Shown here: in pieces, positions 1-14,394 of the stretch
Layout: every line of letters begins with the position of its first letter
How positions within the stretch are numbered: position 1 is the first letter of the stretch
Source: Bispira polyomma
Lineage: Eukaryota
Direction of reading: 5' to 3'
NCBI GenBank assembly: GCA_965649765.1
Contig: OZ287755.1
Coordinates: 65,410,001-65,473,750 of the forward strand
Length of the DNA stretch: 63,750 nt
Notes under the pieces: model-generated
What the model was told of the DNA's origin: nothing
Databases searched by the model: none
Seen by the model: the letters and a program-made list of their open reading frames with translations, nothing else
Program-made: the position numbers and the translations under genes

Positions 1-3000
1 TTTGTCGGCAGTTAGTGTCACCCCAGCATTCACATGAAATGGTGACAAGCATCATCAACAGCATTTCGAAGAATGGTGTTTTGCACAGGTGTTTATTGTA
101 ACATCTGGTAGTTTACTTTTGCAAATGTACTGATGACACTGTTTGGTCAAAATTTGCTATAAACGGAGACATGAATTTTCTTTTTAAAAGACACAAGCGC
201 ACAGTGTGAGATTCACTAACGTTGATATGGCCACTATAAACACAGGTCCCAGGCTGCACTTGGTAACAATCAATTGCAACTGCCACAGTTTGTTTAGGTC
301 AATTGCTTCCAACTAATCCATAAAGGCCATATACAATTTTTAAGATTGTGGCGCTCCTTTTAAAATGAAAACAATATCAGGCTACGCCTGACAAAATACA
401 TGATAACAATGGTATGGCTTTGGCTCTTTTACAATTGAAAATATAGTGTTAAAGTATCCTGAAACATTATTTGTGACCAGGATTACAAAGAAACTACTAA
501 ACCAGGTTAGATAAAAAAAGACCCTGCTATTTTAAAGCTCCCACACCATGCTACATACACAGACATTTTCATCCTTAAAATGTTCCACTACTTTTAAGTG
601 CAGATTACCCCTGTTTATACCCAGGACAAGACTACCACACAGGATGCACTAATTGCTTTCCAAAGAACACATCCTTCATATTTTGGAACAAATCCCCCAG
701 CCTTGTATCTTTCTGCCAGAGTAACCCAGCCTATTTGTTTCCCCCATACAAATGGACTCAAACAACTGCAGCCAAAGATTTTTTTCCGACTGGCTCAAAG
801 TCTGTCCAAAAAGAGGCATAAAGAAAATGATAAGCTTAGCTGTAACATTATTTTTTCAGCTAGTACTATATTTTAATAGGTGATTTAGTAAATAGACTAA
901 AAGTAGAATAGCACTAACTAGAGTATATTTCTTTATCACCAAATAGGAAAATTGGCAGGCGCTGCTTTGCTGTCGTGCCTCTTGTCGGATGGAATGAGAT
1001 CCCACAGACAGTCAGATTGCTGGATGCAATCACTGGTTTTAGAGGCCATCTCAAAGCTTACCTTTTCAGACCAGCCTTCTCCCTCCTTGATGGTTATTAA
1101 TAAAAACTTGTTTCTTGTTTCTTGTTCTTCGACTTTTCCTTTGTCATATCAGTGCCTTAGAGAATGTTTTCATTAATTTGTTGCTCTATAAATGCTTCAA
1201 TTATCAATTATCTTTGCGGCACCGCTAAAAGCAAATAAAAATAACTAATCATAATGGATTATTCCTTGATGCATAACCCATATTGCTTAAGTAGTTATTA
1301 TGCAATCCTGGTAACAAACCAATAAACCAACCAATGGGCATGAGCAAATATGTACCCTCTCCTTGGCGGGTGTAAAATTATGGACAAGCTGTACCAGACT
1401 AGTCGCTTTGGACTAATGACACAAAATTGAATTTCCTGCATCAAAGGAATCATTTCTTTATGCAAATAAATAGGACTCTCTGAAGTATGAATAACAAAAT
1501 TAACTTTAACTGGGGTTTAAAATCAGTGTTTCTATTAGAAATAAAAGGAACAATGGTCCTTTAAGATTTATTACTTGACTCTGCAACAAATATCTTCCAG
1601 ACCAAATTGTAGTTGTGTTAACACTCACTGATCAAGAAGGATGTTAGTTTTAAAAAAGGGGGAAAGTTAGTACTGTAAACAACAAATAGGGAATAAATAA
1701 CCCTTTGGAGCAGTAACCTCAAATTCTAAAGTAAATACTGTATCCTGTGCAAATGAACATGAATCAAAGTGATTTATCAGGAGAAATCTCTCTGGCAGAA
1801 AGTTTTTGTTGGTTGTTTGCTGAAAGACATTTGGTAGGATTGTCTTTTTTTCTAATTTTTGGGGTGCTAAATTTTGTCTTAGAACGTGTTGTTAAGTAGA
1901 TAATTTATTTCTAAAGAAACAAACAACTTTTTAATCTCAACTTAATTTCTTAGCTGCTGTTTCTTTTTTATGTCTCATTCAATATATTTTATTCCTCCAA
2001 TGGTCACAATAGTTCATTTGACACTAATCTATAAAAAATGAGAATTGATCGTTTTCTATTAATGTGTATCACGTAAGGCGTGATGTAAATTGAGGTTTTT
2101 TAATTTTTTCATGCCTATTTTTCTGGTTACCAAAGAAGAATTTGTCAGAAACACATCATTATACTTTTGTGTCTTTCACCTAACATAAATTTATTTCAAA
2201 CTGGTATTTAATTAATCACAACAGATTGCTTTATCCCTCTACAATTGCAACATACCATCATGAACACAAGAGCATGCTATAAGGTATCAAGTCCATTATA
2301 TCAGCATAAAATCCATTTATCAGAAACTGCAATTAAATTTTGGAAAGTTTTTCAAATTGAATAAAAGCATGCCAATTATTTACTGTAATGAATTATAATG
2401 GCAGACACTACTTTTCCAGGTGTGTAAACTGGAGTATTTATGGTGTAAGCTGAAATCGACAAAACTTAACGTCTTTGTCACAGTATGCTTTCAGTAAATT
2501 AAAACATTTATGGTCTTGCTAAAATTCACGATAAAGTGACAATTTAAGCCTAGGAATAACATTAGCCATCAAATAAAATGCCATGCTTTTGTTCCAATGT
2601 GATGCCAGATTTTGTTGCCTTTTCTGCAGCTTTTTTGCAGGGAGGTCATGTAAGATGACATTTAGCTTATATGTGAGCTCAACTGGGATAGCGTACTATT
2701 TACTAAGTAAACTGCATAATACATTTTTATGTAATGTAGTATTTCCATTGTATTTTGACTTTGAACAGCTTAGGTCATATAGTGATGGCCCTAGTTAATG
2801 GTGAAGGAAACCAATGCTGATGCAGTGTAAACCACCAGTCTAAGGAAAGTACCCGACATACTTTCCTGCAAGAAGTAATGAACGTGAGTTAAACTCACAT
2901 TGGGAGGCCATTGGGGTCATTTGGAGAGCTATTGAAGAAATTTATATAAATGACCAGGTCACCAAAATTATTTCATATTTCCCATTTATTGCTGTATTGG

Positions 3001-4479
3001 CTTATGAATAAATTAGCTTTGTAAATACCTTTGCAGATAATTTTTCATTTTTTTTAACCATCATATACCAACACAATATTGCAGTATGAACCACATAATA
3101 TACCTAAATTATGTACTAATAATATATGATTGCTTAGTAATGCAGCAAATTTGGGCTCGAAATACCAGCAGATACATAGTGGCTTGTTAAATACCATTTG
3201 AAATTGTGGTCTTATGCAATTGGGTTCAATTGCCAGTGGCAAGCTAAAGAACAGGATCTATTTTCAGTGGCAGGATCAAGAACCTTTCACAATATTGATA
3301 AATGGCTCACCCTAAGCTCTCTCTTCCACTCTTAAGGTACATGAGAATGACAGTTACTGATGCTGAGTGACTGTGTCTGTACTTGGTGGAAGAAAATAGT
3401 GCTAAGCACTTGTAAACCACCGACCTATGGCAACCCTCTAACAGACGTTCCCATATGAAGGAATGAATGATCAAAGGATTCGATCCCACATCAGTAAGCA
3501 ATCGACCCAGCCAAACTAAGGGATTATAGCTTAATATTTTTTAATTGTGCCCCTGTGTCTTTTTTAAAAGACAATTCTGGTTGTGAAAAGAACCTTTTAA
3601 ATCTCTGGAGCTCTGCATTGCAACATGAGGTCGCTGACATTTTACAAAACCCACCCTTGGGAGCCCCATGTACAATGTAAGCTGATTATAAGCTTGCGAC
3701 TACTACCGGAAAAAATAACAGTCACATTACATTGGAGAAGGAAGATAATTCCAAACAGCTGAAACCCACTATTTGCAGCCCCCTATGTGACGTCAAGGGG
3801 CTTCGGGGACTGTTTTGTCTGTTACCTGAGTATGAAAAATGGGTGCAAAGCTAGGCTAGAATTCCAAGTGTTGACAATTCATTGTGTCTACAGAGAACTG
3901 TGGAGTAAGGGGAGGGAGGGAAGGAGGTGTGAAGGGGAGGAAAGGTGAAGGTCATGACACATGTTACAGATTCAGCCAGCACTATTATAACCTATTTGAA
4001 AATAAATAATGACAAATTTGAAATTTCTTGCGTAACACCTCCCACGTCAAACTTCATTTTTACCCGATATCAAGTCGGTCAGACTGAGACATTACACAGT
4101 GACAATCTTAATGTAGAAATGCCTATGGACTAGAAGGTGCAGCAAGCAGGGCATTATTTATATGTTGTAACTTGTGGTATAACTTGTGGTATTTATTACT
4201 ATTTTAGAGTTTGCTTATTTACTCGGTTTGTGTGAAAGAGTTGGATAGCTTTGTGTCTAGCTAACATATTTTATCATCAACAATTGTTCACATGTTCTGT
4301 CCTCATGTCGGCCACATTTGGCCTCACAGAGCCTACTTAGAATTTTGGGAATAAACAAAGTAGCTCCAAATGTAAATGTTTTAAACTATCCAAAAATACA
4401 AGTTAAATATCTTAGAAAACAGTAAAAGGTAAATACTTTAGAAAAATAGAAAATAATTCAATAGCTTATAACAAAAGCT

Positions 4480-4625
4480 GATATGTATGAGAGAAAACAA
4501 ATAGGCTAGGTCGTTCTGGCAGAATGATATAAGGCTGAGGGATAATGTTGCAAACCAAGAAGGGTGTGTTCTTTGGAAAGCAATTAGTGTATCATGTGTT
4601 GTAGTCTGTGTCCTGGGTATAACTG
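4480..4625 (-). repeat. Inverted, more diverged copy of the 614-755 block of array A
   Basis: CTTTGGAAAGCAATTAGTGTATC...GTAGTCTGTGTCCTGGGTATAA is the reverse complement of TTATACCCAGGACACAGACTAC...GCACTAATTGCTTTCCAAAG found at ~616, ~6599 and ~11751. Confidence 0.9.
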
Positions 4626-5879
4626 TCTAGATAGTGTCAGGATAGATGTCCACGATAATGGATTCTAAAAGACACTTTTTCGGTGAAATATTCATCCTTT
4701 GCTCTGTTATAAGCAATATTATATATGGATAAAATGTATGTTATGCCAACTAAATTATGTTTGCCACATTTTTGTTTTGCTTTGTCACTTCATCATTGCG
4801 TTGAAAAAGTGGTCCCTGTGTGTCAACTAAAGATTGCTTCGACATTAATGTCATATTCTTGTGTGCTATAATACCTGCAATTCATGGGCTGGGGAAAGCA
4901 ACCAATATCCTTTTAGCCTTGGATTGTGAGAGGCCATATTTCTGTTGCTGGTATACTTTCATTTTGCAACGGGTTCTTTACCTAAAAGAAAAACTTACAA
5001 ACCACATCTGACGAAAATGCTAAAATGCAAAAACTAAAGCCCACCTCATTACTGATAATTGTTGTTAACAACATCACTTCTTTGCCTTTATCGCCAAGCT
5101 TTTGTCAGTAGTTACTGTCAGTCCAGCATTCACCTGACATGGTGACAATCATCGCCAACAGCCTTCAGAAGAATGGTGTTTTATAGAGGGGTTTATAATA
5201 ACACCTGGTAGTGTACTTTTGCAAATGTACGGGAGACACTGCTTGGTAAAAATTTGCTATAAATGGAACCAGGAGTTGTCTTTTGACAAAGGCACAGGCT
5301 CACAGTGTGAAATACGCTGACGTTGATATGGCCACCATGTACTCGCAGGGCGCAGGGAAAAATATATATATATATTAAGATGGCTGTGCCCTATTCAAAA
5401 TTAAAACAATATCAGGCTGCGAAATTTGGTGGAATGATGAAATATTGGCCAAAGAAAAATCGATTAAAAGCTAGAGGCAAATCTGGGTAGAATGGTGGGC
5501 CAGAGATTTTGTTTTACTGTTTGGCACTTTGGTGCCAAGGTATTTTCAATGATGAGTGACATTCTAGCTTCCAAATAGCTTCTTCATTTTTTTTTTACCT
5601 TCGTATAAAGACCACCTGTTTTATAAAGACCTTTCTGACCAGGGAGTATTTACAGACAATCTTCTTAAGATTTTGTTGACCACACTTACTCTTACTTTCT
5701 TTGTGAAACATTGTAGACTATTTGACAATCCAAGATTGCAAACTTTTAATATTTTAAATAGTATCAATTAGTAATTATACTTGGTGTGTGTAACATTGTG
5801 TAACACCGAATAAAATAAAACTGAAAAAAATATAAGAGAAGCCGAGAACATTTTGACAAAAGTAAGCATTGTACCTTAA

Positions 5880-6443
5880 TGCCATGGTCATACTGAGTAT
5901 GTACACACATTTAATACGTTTTAATAGCCATTTTAATTATGTTTAACTCGTAGCCATGTTTTGATTATACGTGAGCCTAATTGGCCACGTTTTAGCCTCG
6001 TTAGCCATGTTTTAGTACTACGTTAGTCACGCTTCTAAACCCGTTTCAGCCTCGTTCTCCTCTTTTTTTAATGTTTGTAAACCTCTTTTGTTCTCGTTCT
6101 CCTTGTCCTTATTTTTTTATTATGTGTGTGTATAGTTCATTTTACTCCTTTTCTTCATGTCAAATACGCATTGAATACGTTTCATACGTTTGCCGCGAAC
6201 ACACCACCCATTTCTTAAAATGTTTGCCACAAAAGGCAAAAAACGTAAAAAATTTTGAGCAGTCCGAAATTTAACATTTTTTTAGCAGCAAGAGATAACT
6301 AAACTTGAGGTACCACCTTTTCCTTACGTTTATTTCCGTTAATTCCGTTTACTATGTTTTACTTACGTTTTACTTCTTTTCACTATGTTTTACCTTACGT
6401 TAGGCATTTTTGAGCAAAACGTAAGCTCAATGTGACCACGGCA
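5880..6443. mobile_element. Non-autonomous DNA transposon (MITE), PIF/Harbinger-like
   Basis: Terminal inverted repeats TGCCATGGTCATACTGAG / CTCAATGTGACCACGGCA with a 3-bp TAA duplication (5877-5879, 6444-6446). The paralogous site at ~11574-11590 is empty (GTACCT-TAA-AGAAACCT). A 3-bp TWA target is typical of PIF/Harbinger. Confidence 0.88.
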
Positions 6444-7074
6444 TAAAGAAACCTAAAAACTAATCCTGATATCCACCAAGTCAATCTTGTTGATGAAAAA
6501 GACCCTGCTATTTTAAAACTCCTACACTATGCTACAGACACAGACATTTTTTTCGACCTTGAAATGTTCTACTACTTTTTAGTGCACATTACCCCTGTTT
6601 ATACCCAGGACACAGACTACCACACAGGATGCACTAATTGCTTTCCAAAGAACACATCTTTCATAGTTTGGAACAAATCCCCCAGCCTTGTATCTTTCTG
6701 TCAGAGTAACCCGGCCTATTTGTTTCCCCCATACAAATGGACACAAACAATTGGAGCCAAAGAATTTTTCTGACTGGCTCAAAGTCTGTCCAAAAAGAGG
6801 CAAAAAGAAAATAACAAGCCTAGCTGTAACATTATTTATTTTAGCTAGTACTATATTTTAATAGGTGATTCAATAAATAGACTAAAAGTAGAATCGCACT
6901 AACTAGAGTGTATTTCGTCATCACCAAATAGGAAAATTGGTAGGTGCTGCTTTGCTGTCGTGCCTCCTGTTGGATGGAACAAGATCCCACAGACAGTCAG
7001 ATCACAGGATACAATCACTGGTTTCAGAGGCCATCTCAAAATTTACCTTTTCAGACTGGCCTTACCCCTCCTTA

Positions 7075-7739
7075 TGCCGTGGTCACACTGAGTACGTTTG
7101 CATTACGTGTTTTTTATGCAAACGTGAGAGAACAAAGTTAAAAACGGTGTGAATATGGGGAAACGTAGCAAAAATCAAATGTATGGGCCATTTTGTACAC
7201 TTTCAGTACGCATCTGTACACGTTTGTACACGCATTTAATACGTTTTATTAGCTTTTTCAATTAAATTTTTAATGTGGGCCTCATTAGCCACGTTTTAGC
7301 ATCGTTAGCCATGTTTTAGAATTACATTAGTAATGCTTCTAAACCCGTTTCAGTCTCGTTCTCCTTGTTTTTAACGTTTGTAAACCCGTTTCGTTCTCGT
7401 TCTCCTCGTCCCTAATATTATGTGTAGGTAGAATACATTTTACTCCCGCTCTTCATGTCAAATACGCATTCAATACATTTCATACGTTTGCCGCGAATAC
7501 ACCACCCGTTTCCAGAAATTTTTGCAGCAAACGGCTAAAAACATAAAAAATTTCGTGCAGTTCAAAAATTAAGACGCTTTTTTAAAAGCAGGAGCTAACA
7601 AAACTTAAGGTACCACCTTTTTCTTACATTTACGTCTGTTACTTCCGTTTACTACGTTTTACTTCCGTTCACTACGTTTTACCTTACGTTAGCCATTTTT
7701 CCTGCGTAATCGAAACGTAAGGCCAAGGTGACCACAGCA
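7075..7739. mobile_element. Second, longer copy of the same Harbinger-like MITE
   Basis: TIRs TGCCGTGGTCACACT / AGGTGACCACAGCA flanked by TTA/TAA. Internal sequence is collinear with 5880-6443. Absent from the paralogous site near 1085. Confidence 0.88.
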
Positions 7740-10479
7740 TAAGTCTCTTCCCTGGTGGATGGTTATTGATAAAAACTTGTTTCTTGTTCTTCGACTTTTT
7801 CTTTTTCATATCAATGCCTTAGAGGATGTTTTCATTAATTTGTTGCTCTATAAATGCTTTAATTATCATTATCTTGGCAGCACCGCCAAAAGCAAAAAAA
7901 AAAAAAAGTAACTAATTATAATGTATTATTCCTTGATGCATAACCCATATCGCTTAAGTATTATTATGCAATCCTGGTAAGAAACCAATAAACCAAACAA
8001 TAAACATGAGCAAATATGGACCCTCTCCTTGGCAGGTGTAAAATTATGGACAAGTTGTACCGGACTAGTTGCTTTGGACTAATGACACAAAATTGAATTT
8101 CCTACATCAAAGGTATCATTTCTTTATGCAAATAAACAGGATTCTCTGAAGTCGAAACAACACAATTACCTTCGACTGGGCTTTAAAATCAGTGTTTCTA
8201 TCAGAAATAAAAGGAAAAATGGTCCTTTAAGATTTATTACTTGACTCTGCAACAAATATCTTCCATACTAAATTGTAGCTGTGTTAACACTCACTGATCA
8301 AGATTGATGTTTGTTTTAAAAAAGGGGGAAGTTAGCACTGTAAACAACAAATAGGGAATAAATAACCATTAGGAGCAGTAACCTAGGCACTACTTTTCTA
8401 GGTGTGTAAACTACAGTATTTGCTGTGTAAGCTTAAATGTTCTCTTATTGACAATACTTAATGTCTTTGTTACAGTATAATTGCAGTGAATGAAAACCTG
8501 CATGGTCATGCTAAAATTCATGATAAAGTGACAATTTGAGTATAGGAATAACCATCTAGGATTAGCCATCAAAAAACATCCATGGCATGCTTTTGTTCCA
8601 ATGTGATGCCAGATTTTGTTGCCTTTTTTACAGCAAGGTAGATCATGCAATATGAAATTTAGCTTCTACGTCAGCTTAACTGAGATAACTTACCTTATAT
8701 TAAGTAAACTGCAGAAGACATTTTTGTAATGTAGTGTTTCCAGTGTATTTTGATTTTGAACTGCTTAGGTCGTATAAGGATGACCCGATTTAATAATGAA
8801 GTTAACCAGTGCTGATGCAGTGTAAACCACCAGCCTAGGGAAAGTTCCTGACGAATGTTCCTGCAAGAAGGAATGATCAGGTCACCAAAATTATTTCAGT
8901 ATTTCCATTTATTGCTGTATTGGTTCATGAATAAATTGTATACGATTGGGTTCAATCTCTAGTGACAAGATCAAAAAACTTTCACAATATTAATAAATGG
9001 CTCACCCTAAGCTATCTCTCACTGTGCAGGTATGAGAATGACAGTCACTGATGCTAAATGACTGTGTCTGTACTTGGTGGAAGAAACCACATGAAGGAAC
9101 AAACGATCGAAGGATGCAATACCACATTAGAGGACACTTCTAATCACTAACTAGGCCACTTTGGCCCCCTTTGAATCCTAGAAAGAAGTAAAATACTACA
9201 AATTTGGATAGACTCCACTTTGGCTAGTATTTTTTACAGTTTGCTATGATCTAGACTCCTGCTTTATATATAATTCTGATGTTGTACAGCATGATAATGT
9301 TTCCACTCTAAAAGGGCGTTTCCATGTCGGAAAGTGCTGTCAGGTTCGAAAAAAATATGTACGGCTTTAAATGGATTGTTTGAAAGCAATCGACCCGGCC
9401 AAACTGAGAAACGTCAGCTTAATATTTCTGACACTGTGCGCTTATGTCCTTTTTAAAAGACAATTCTTGTTATGACAAAAAACCTGGAGCTCTGCCATGC
9501 AACAGGCGGGTCACTGACATTTTACAAAACCAACCCTTGGGAGCCCTGTGTACAATGTAAGCTGATTATAAGCTTGCGACTACTACCGGACAAAATAACA
9601 ACCACATTACAGAAAGATAATTTCAAACAGCTGAAACCCACTATTTGCAGCCCCCTATGTGACGTCAAGAGGCTTATGGACTGTTTTGTCTGTTACCTGA
9701 GTATAAAAAATGGGTGCAAAGCTGGACTTGAATTCCAAATGGTGACAATTCAATGTGTCTACATAGAACTGTGGAGTAACAGGAGAGGGAGGGGGTGAAG
9801 GGGATAAAAGGTGATGGTCATGGCACATATTACAGAATCATCAAGCATTATTACTCCCTATTTGAAAATAAATAATGATATATGATGAATATAAGCGACA
9901 CAATAAGTGCTTCTTGTGAGGACTAATGTACTTTTTTTTTCCAAAATGCTACAATGGTGTTGTATAGATTTGTTTGGATTTAATGTTGACTTTTACTAAG
10001 GGCAGTTTACTGCTGCAGGAAATCATAACAGGGTAGTTGGTTAAGGTTTCCTTCCCTGGAAAATCATTGGCCTTCAGTCAGTCTACTGCCAAATTTCTCA
10101 CATACACCTCACGGGGACGTGATTTGAGCCCACAATCTTGAAAGTTGTGGGAGGCGAGTGTGTTACCACTACACCAACAAGGCCCTCACAGAGTGTTGAT
10201 GGATAATACTGTCTTACATAGTTAGAACATTAATGTAGAAATGCCTATCCACTAAACAGACTATTTTAAATATCGTTGAAATTTGATTTCTGTGGTATGT
10301 ATTACTGTTTAAAAGGTTGCTTAGTTACTTGGTTTGTGGGAAAGAAATTTTATCAATTAAGAAAGTAACTCCAGATGGCTTTGTGTGGATGTGTACACAA
10401 GGATGTACACAACTTACATCATGTAAAGTTAATACTTTTTACCACGTTTCTTTACTTTGTCACTTTGGGTGAGTTACAT

Positions 10480-10650
10480 TTATTTTTAATTTAGTTGGGC
10501 TTTACATTAGTTTCAATAGCTTAGGTCATACTGTACTGACCATATTTAATGGTGGAGGACACCAGTGCTGAAGCACTGTAAACAACCAACCTATGGCAAG
10601 TAGCTGACAAACTTTCTCACATAATGGAATGGACGGGATTCTTCTAACCT
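10480..10650 (-). mobile_element. tRNA-derived SINE family B fragment (related fragments at ~2760-2920, 3380-3500, 8755-8880)
   Basis: Shares GCTTAGGTCATA...TTAATGGTGGAGGA..CCAGTGCTGAAGCACTGTAAAC..CCAACCTATGGCAAG with the full-length copy at 54381-54609. Confidence 0.75.
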
Positions 10651-12739
10651 AGAGATTAGACATAAATGTGATATTCTTGTGTGCTCAGATAACTGCAATG
10701 TACGGTTCTGTAAAGCAAGCAACATCATTTAAACCATAGACTGTGGGTAGCCATTTTATTTTATTCTTGCAACATTTGCATTTTGCAACAGGTTTTTTTT
10801 TTAAATAAGAAAATTCACAAAAAAAATATGAAGAAGTTGCTAAAACGCAGAACTAATAGCACATCTCACCAGTCATAATTGTTGTTAACCACATCCTTTC
10901 TATGCCTTTACCACAAATCTTTTGTCTGCAGTTAGTGTCACTCCAGCATTTACCTGAGATGGTGACAAGCATCGTCAACAGCATTTAAAAGAATGTTGTT
11001 TTATACATGTGTTTATTATAATACCTGGTAAATGTACTGGAGACACTGCTTGGTCAAAATTTGTGTCTGATTGGTTAGTTTATTTTTAACCAGGATTACA
11101 CGATAAACTACTTAACCAGCTAATTTGAAATTTTGGTGGAATGATGAAACATAAGCCAAAGAAGAATCGATTAAAAGTTAGAGGCGATCTGGGTAGAAGG
11201 GTGGATCCAGAGATTTTGTTTTACTGTTTGGCACTTTGGTGCCAAAGTGTTTTCAATGCTGAGTGACATTCTAGCTTTCAAATGGCTTCATTATTGTTTT
11301 ACCTTCATATTAAGACCACTTGTTTTACAAAGACCTTTCTGACCAGGGAGTATTTACAGTCTTCTTGACAAAATTTTGTTAACCACCCTTGCTGTTACTT
11401 TCTGTGTAAAACATTGTAGACAATTTGACAATCCAAGATTCCAAAACTTTTAATATTCTAAATAGTATCAATTAGTAATTATACTTGGTGTGTGTAACAT
11501 TGTATAACACAGAATAAAATAAAAATTAAAAAATATAAGAGAAACCGAGAATATTTTGACTAAAGTAAGCATTGTACCTTAAAGAAACCTAAAAACTAAT
11601 CCTAATATCCACAAAGTCAAGATTTTGTTTACCACAAAGCAGTTGATGAAAAAAGACCCTGCTATTTTAAAACTCCCACACTATGCTACAGTCACAGACT
11701 TTTTCATCCTTGAAATGTTCTGCTACTTCTAAGTGCACATTACCCCCTGTTTATACCCAGGACACAGACTGCCACACAGGATGCACTAATTGCTTTGCAA
11801 AGAACACATCCTTCATAGTTTGGAACAAAACCCCCAGCCTTGTATCTTTCTGCCAGAGTAACCCAGCCTATTTGTTTTCCCCATACAAATGGACACAAAC
11901 AACCGGAGTCAAAGAATTAAGTCTGACTGGCTCAAGTCTGTCCAAAATAGGGCAACAAGAAAGAAAAGTAATTTTAGCTAGTTAGTAATATATATTATAA
12001 ATAGGTGATTTAGTAAATACATAAATATATCTCGTCATCTTTATTCAAACATACATTTTAAGATATTTTTATATTTTATATATGTGAAAGAATAATTTTA
12101 AGGAACATACCTATTATTTTTTAGCAAGATACTATACTGTCAGATCAAGTTGCAGGTAAGAAAGGTGTTACAATAAATATGCTTCATTCTCAAATTGTTG
12201 CTAGAATACGCCATTTTAGCATATTTTAACTTTGAAGCAAAAGTTTCTGATGTTGAAATTGGTAATAATTATTTCAAACATTGTTTCCAGAATAAAATTT
12301 ATTTTCACTTGCTCTTTGGTAAACAGTGATCATTTTAACGTATAATGAAACACTCCCCAGAAATATATAAAGCGTAACATTTGGAAGTACTTGTCAATAC
12401 CAGCCCTGGTATGCCATCTTGGTGTATGGTAAATCAGTTTGTGTGTAAACCATACTCAATAAAAAAGCACATGTATGGTTGGGGGCTCAGGGAGTTAAAT
12501 GTAATCTGTCTCGTCACTTTTTATTTCACCCTCCGCCAGGCCTGTAATCTCATAAGCATTTGTCACCTGGGGACAATTGTGGGGAACTAGTGTTTGAAAT
12601 GAAAACGAAAACTTAAACTCAAAAAATGTATAAAAAATAGTTTAAGCTTTCAGGTTACTTGTTACATACTAAAGATGCTTGTGCAACTTATACATTTTAT
12701 GTTTAAAAGTAGAGCTCATAAGCATTGGCGCATAACTCT

Positions 12740-12948
12740 TACTAAGTCACCAAAGTGGCGCAAAAATTCAACAAATTTTAACATAGCTAGATCTGCTGTA
12801 AAATTATTGGATTCTGTATAAGCTAATGCCCTTATCCATGTAACAATTTTCATGTTCCAATTGATTTAGTATTTTTTGCTGTAATCCTGGTGGAAAACAA
12901 ACAAACCAACAGCAAAAGGCAAAAACATAACCTACTTGGAGGGTAATT
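12740..12948 (+). mobile_element. Dispersed repeat end resembling Helentron/DINE-type non-autonomous elements (related ends at ~1260-1378, 7925-8042)
   Basis: Recurring ...AATCCTGGT..AAAC(AAAC)n...AAACATAACCT.CTTGG(CG)GAGG-TAA terminus. Classification is by motif recognition only. Confidence 0.5.
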
Positions 12949-14394
12949 TAAACAAAGTTGATAAAATTATCATATAGAATGGGTATTTGTTTTTGGAAGG
13001 TTTATATGTTAACAATATCAGATACTTCTATATTTTTTTTCGTTTACTCTTGTTTGAGTTTAGGCTATAATGCTAAATCTGCTCTAAGTTGCACTGTTCA
13101 TTTCCAACGTGGCAAACAGCTTGGTTCTTTTAACTCCAAGACACGGGGGTCTTTTTTCACTGAAGCCGTACTCTTGCAATCTGTAGATACTCATCTGCTA
13201 TTCACTTGAGAGGAGATTAAAAGTACATGTTGAAGGATACCAACAAGTATGGTGCTATATATTTAACTCTCTTTGGGTAGGGTGTATATCATATGCTTTA
13301 AAATTAATTCTGTTGATCGGGTTTATTAACATAACATAACATATTGCATTTGATATTGCGCATTTTTACAATTCTGTTTCAAATGCACATAAAAAAGTTT
13401 ATTTAAGCCATTCAATTCTTGGTCTCATATTATTCTAAATGCAACAATTTCAAGTGAAATAATAACATGTTCAATACCAATTGCAAGTTTTAAATAATAC
13501 ATCGTGAAATAGTGTTTGCAGAAACTTTTTGTCATTTTCTAATAATGTTGGTTTCCTTCATTATTACATTTACCTACAAATTACTTTAACATGTTTCTAT
13601 ACAGGTAATAGTTTTTCAATCTCCCTTTTGTTATATTTTATTATTGTGCTATACTGTTTAGATACTGTAATGGTAGATCAAGTGTAGAGGAATTTCTTTG
13701 AGTAGTGATGGCTGAAAGTAAACAAGAATCTAGAATTAGATACTGCAATGGTATTTGTGTATTGCTTTACCTCTTTATGATTTCATTCGAATTCAGGGTT
13801 TTAATTAGATTGGAATGTCAGCCATTTTTAAGTAACATGATCAATATTATCACAAAGACCAATTCCCCATCCTAAATTTCACACATGTGTTAACATTTTT
13901 TCAACAGTGATCAGCAACAACTTTACAGAAAAATGTTATTTAGTATAAGTAACTAAGCTTTAAAAAGATATTTTGGTAGGGTGATGCCTTAGCAGCAACA
14001 CTCTCAGTTTTGGTACCAGTCTAATGTGGTTAAAAAAACCACCAGGGGTCATGGGTGCAAGTATATAAAGCATTGGCGCCTGTAACAGCGCCATTATTGT
14101 AATTTTTTTGTTTTTACAACCCACCCTTACTCACCCAGTAATTGTCTTTTAGTTTTCACATAATTGTACCATCAGCCAAGGTGGCACAATGGTTAGTCAT
14201 AACCTGGTTATTCCACTGTGGTATGGTTTTCTGTTAATTCTGTTCCATCACACTCACATATGGTTCTAGTAATCTTCATCTATGTCACCATTGTTGTTCT
14301 TATTCCTCGACCAGTGGCCAGGGTGCTTCTAGTTAGTGGGATAGGCGTACACCTATCCAGGTATCCAGTATATCCTGTCATACAATTAACAAGT

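Larger units (their letters stand above)
1..12030. repeat. Tandem segmental duplication array A: ~5.1-5.8 kb non-coding units (copies marked at 1, 5101, 10921; third copy truncated near 12030)
   Basis: Marker TTTGTCnGyAGTTAnTGTCA recurs at 1, 5101 and 10921. Long collinear blocks align, e.g. 520-1130 ~ 6500-7070 ~ 11655-12020, 1090-1720 ~ 7755-8385 and 3500-4010 ~ 9385-9880. Confidence 0.95.

Noticed and set aside
17-47. TGTCACC...GGTGACA inverted repeat at the unit marker as a miRNA or structured RNA
   Set aside because: The stem is only 7 bp and is disrupted without compensation in the 5101 and 10921 copies.
598-11985. Similar ORFs at 598-876, 6564-6773 and 11683-11985 (and 952-1176 / 6937-7152) as a tandem gene family or exon array
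   Set aside because: Copies differ by frameshifting indels (GACAAGACT versus GACACAGACT) and stops, have no conserved splice sites and no recognisable domain; the similarity is explained by DNA duplication.
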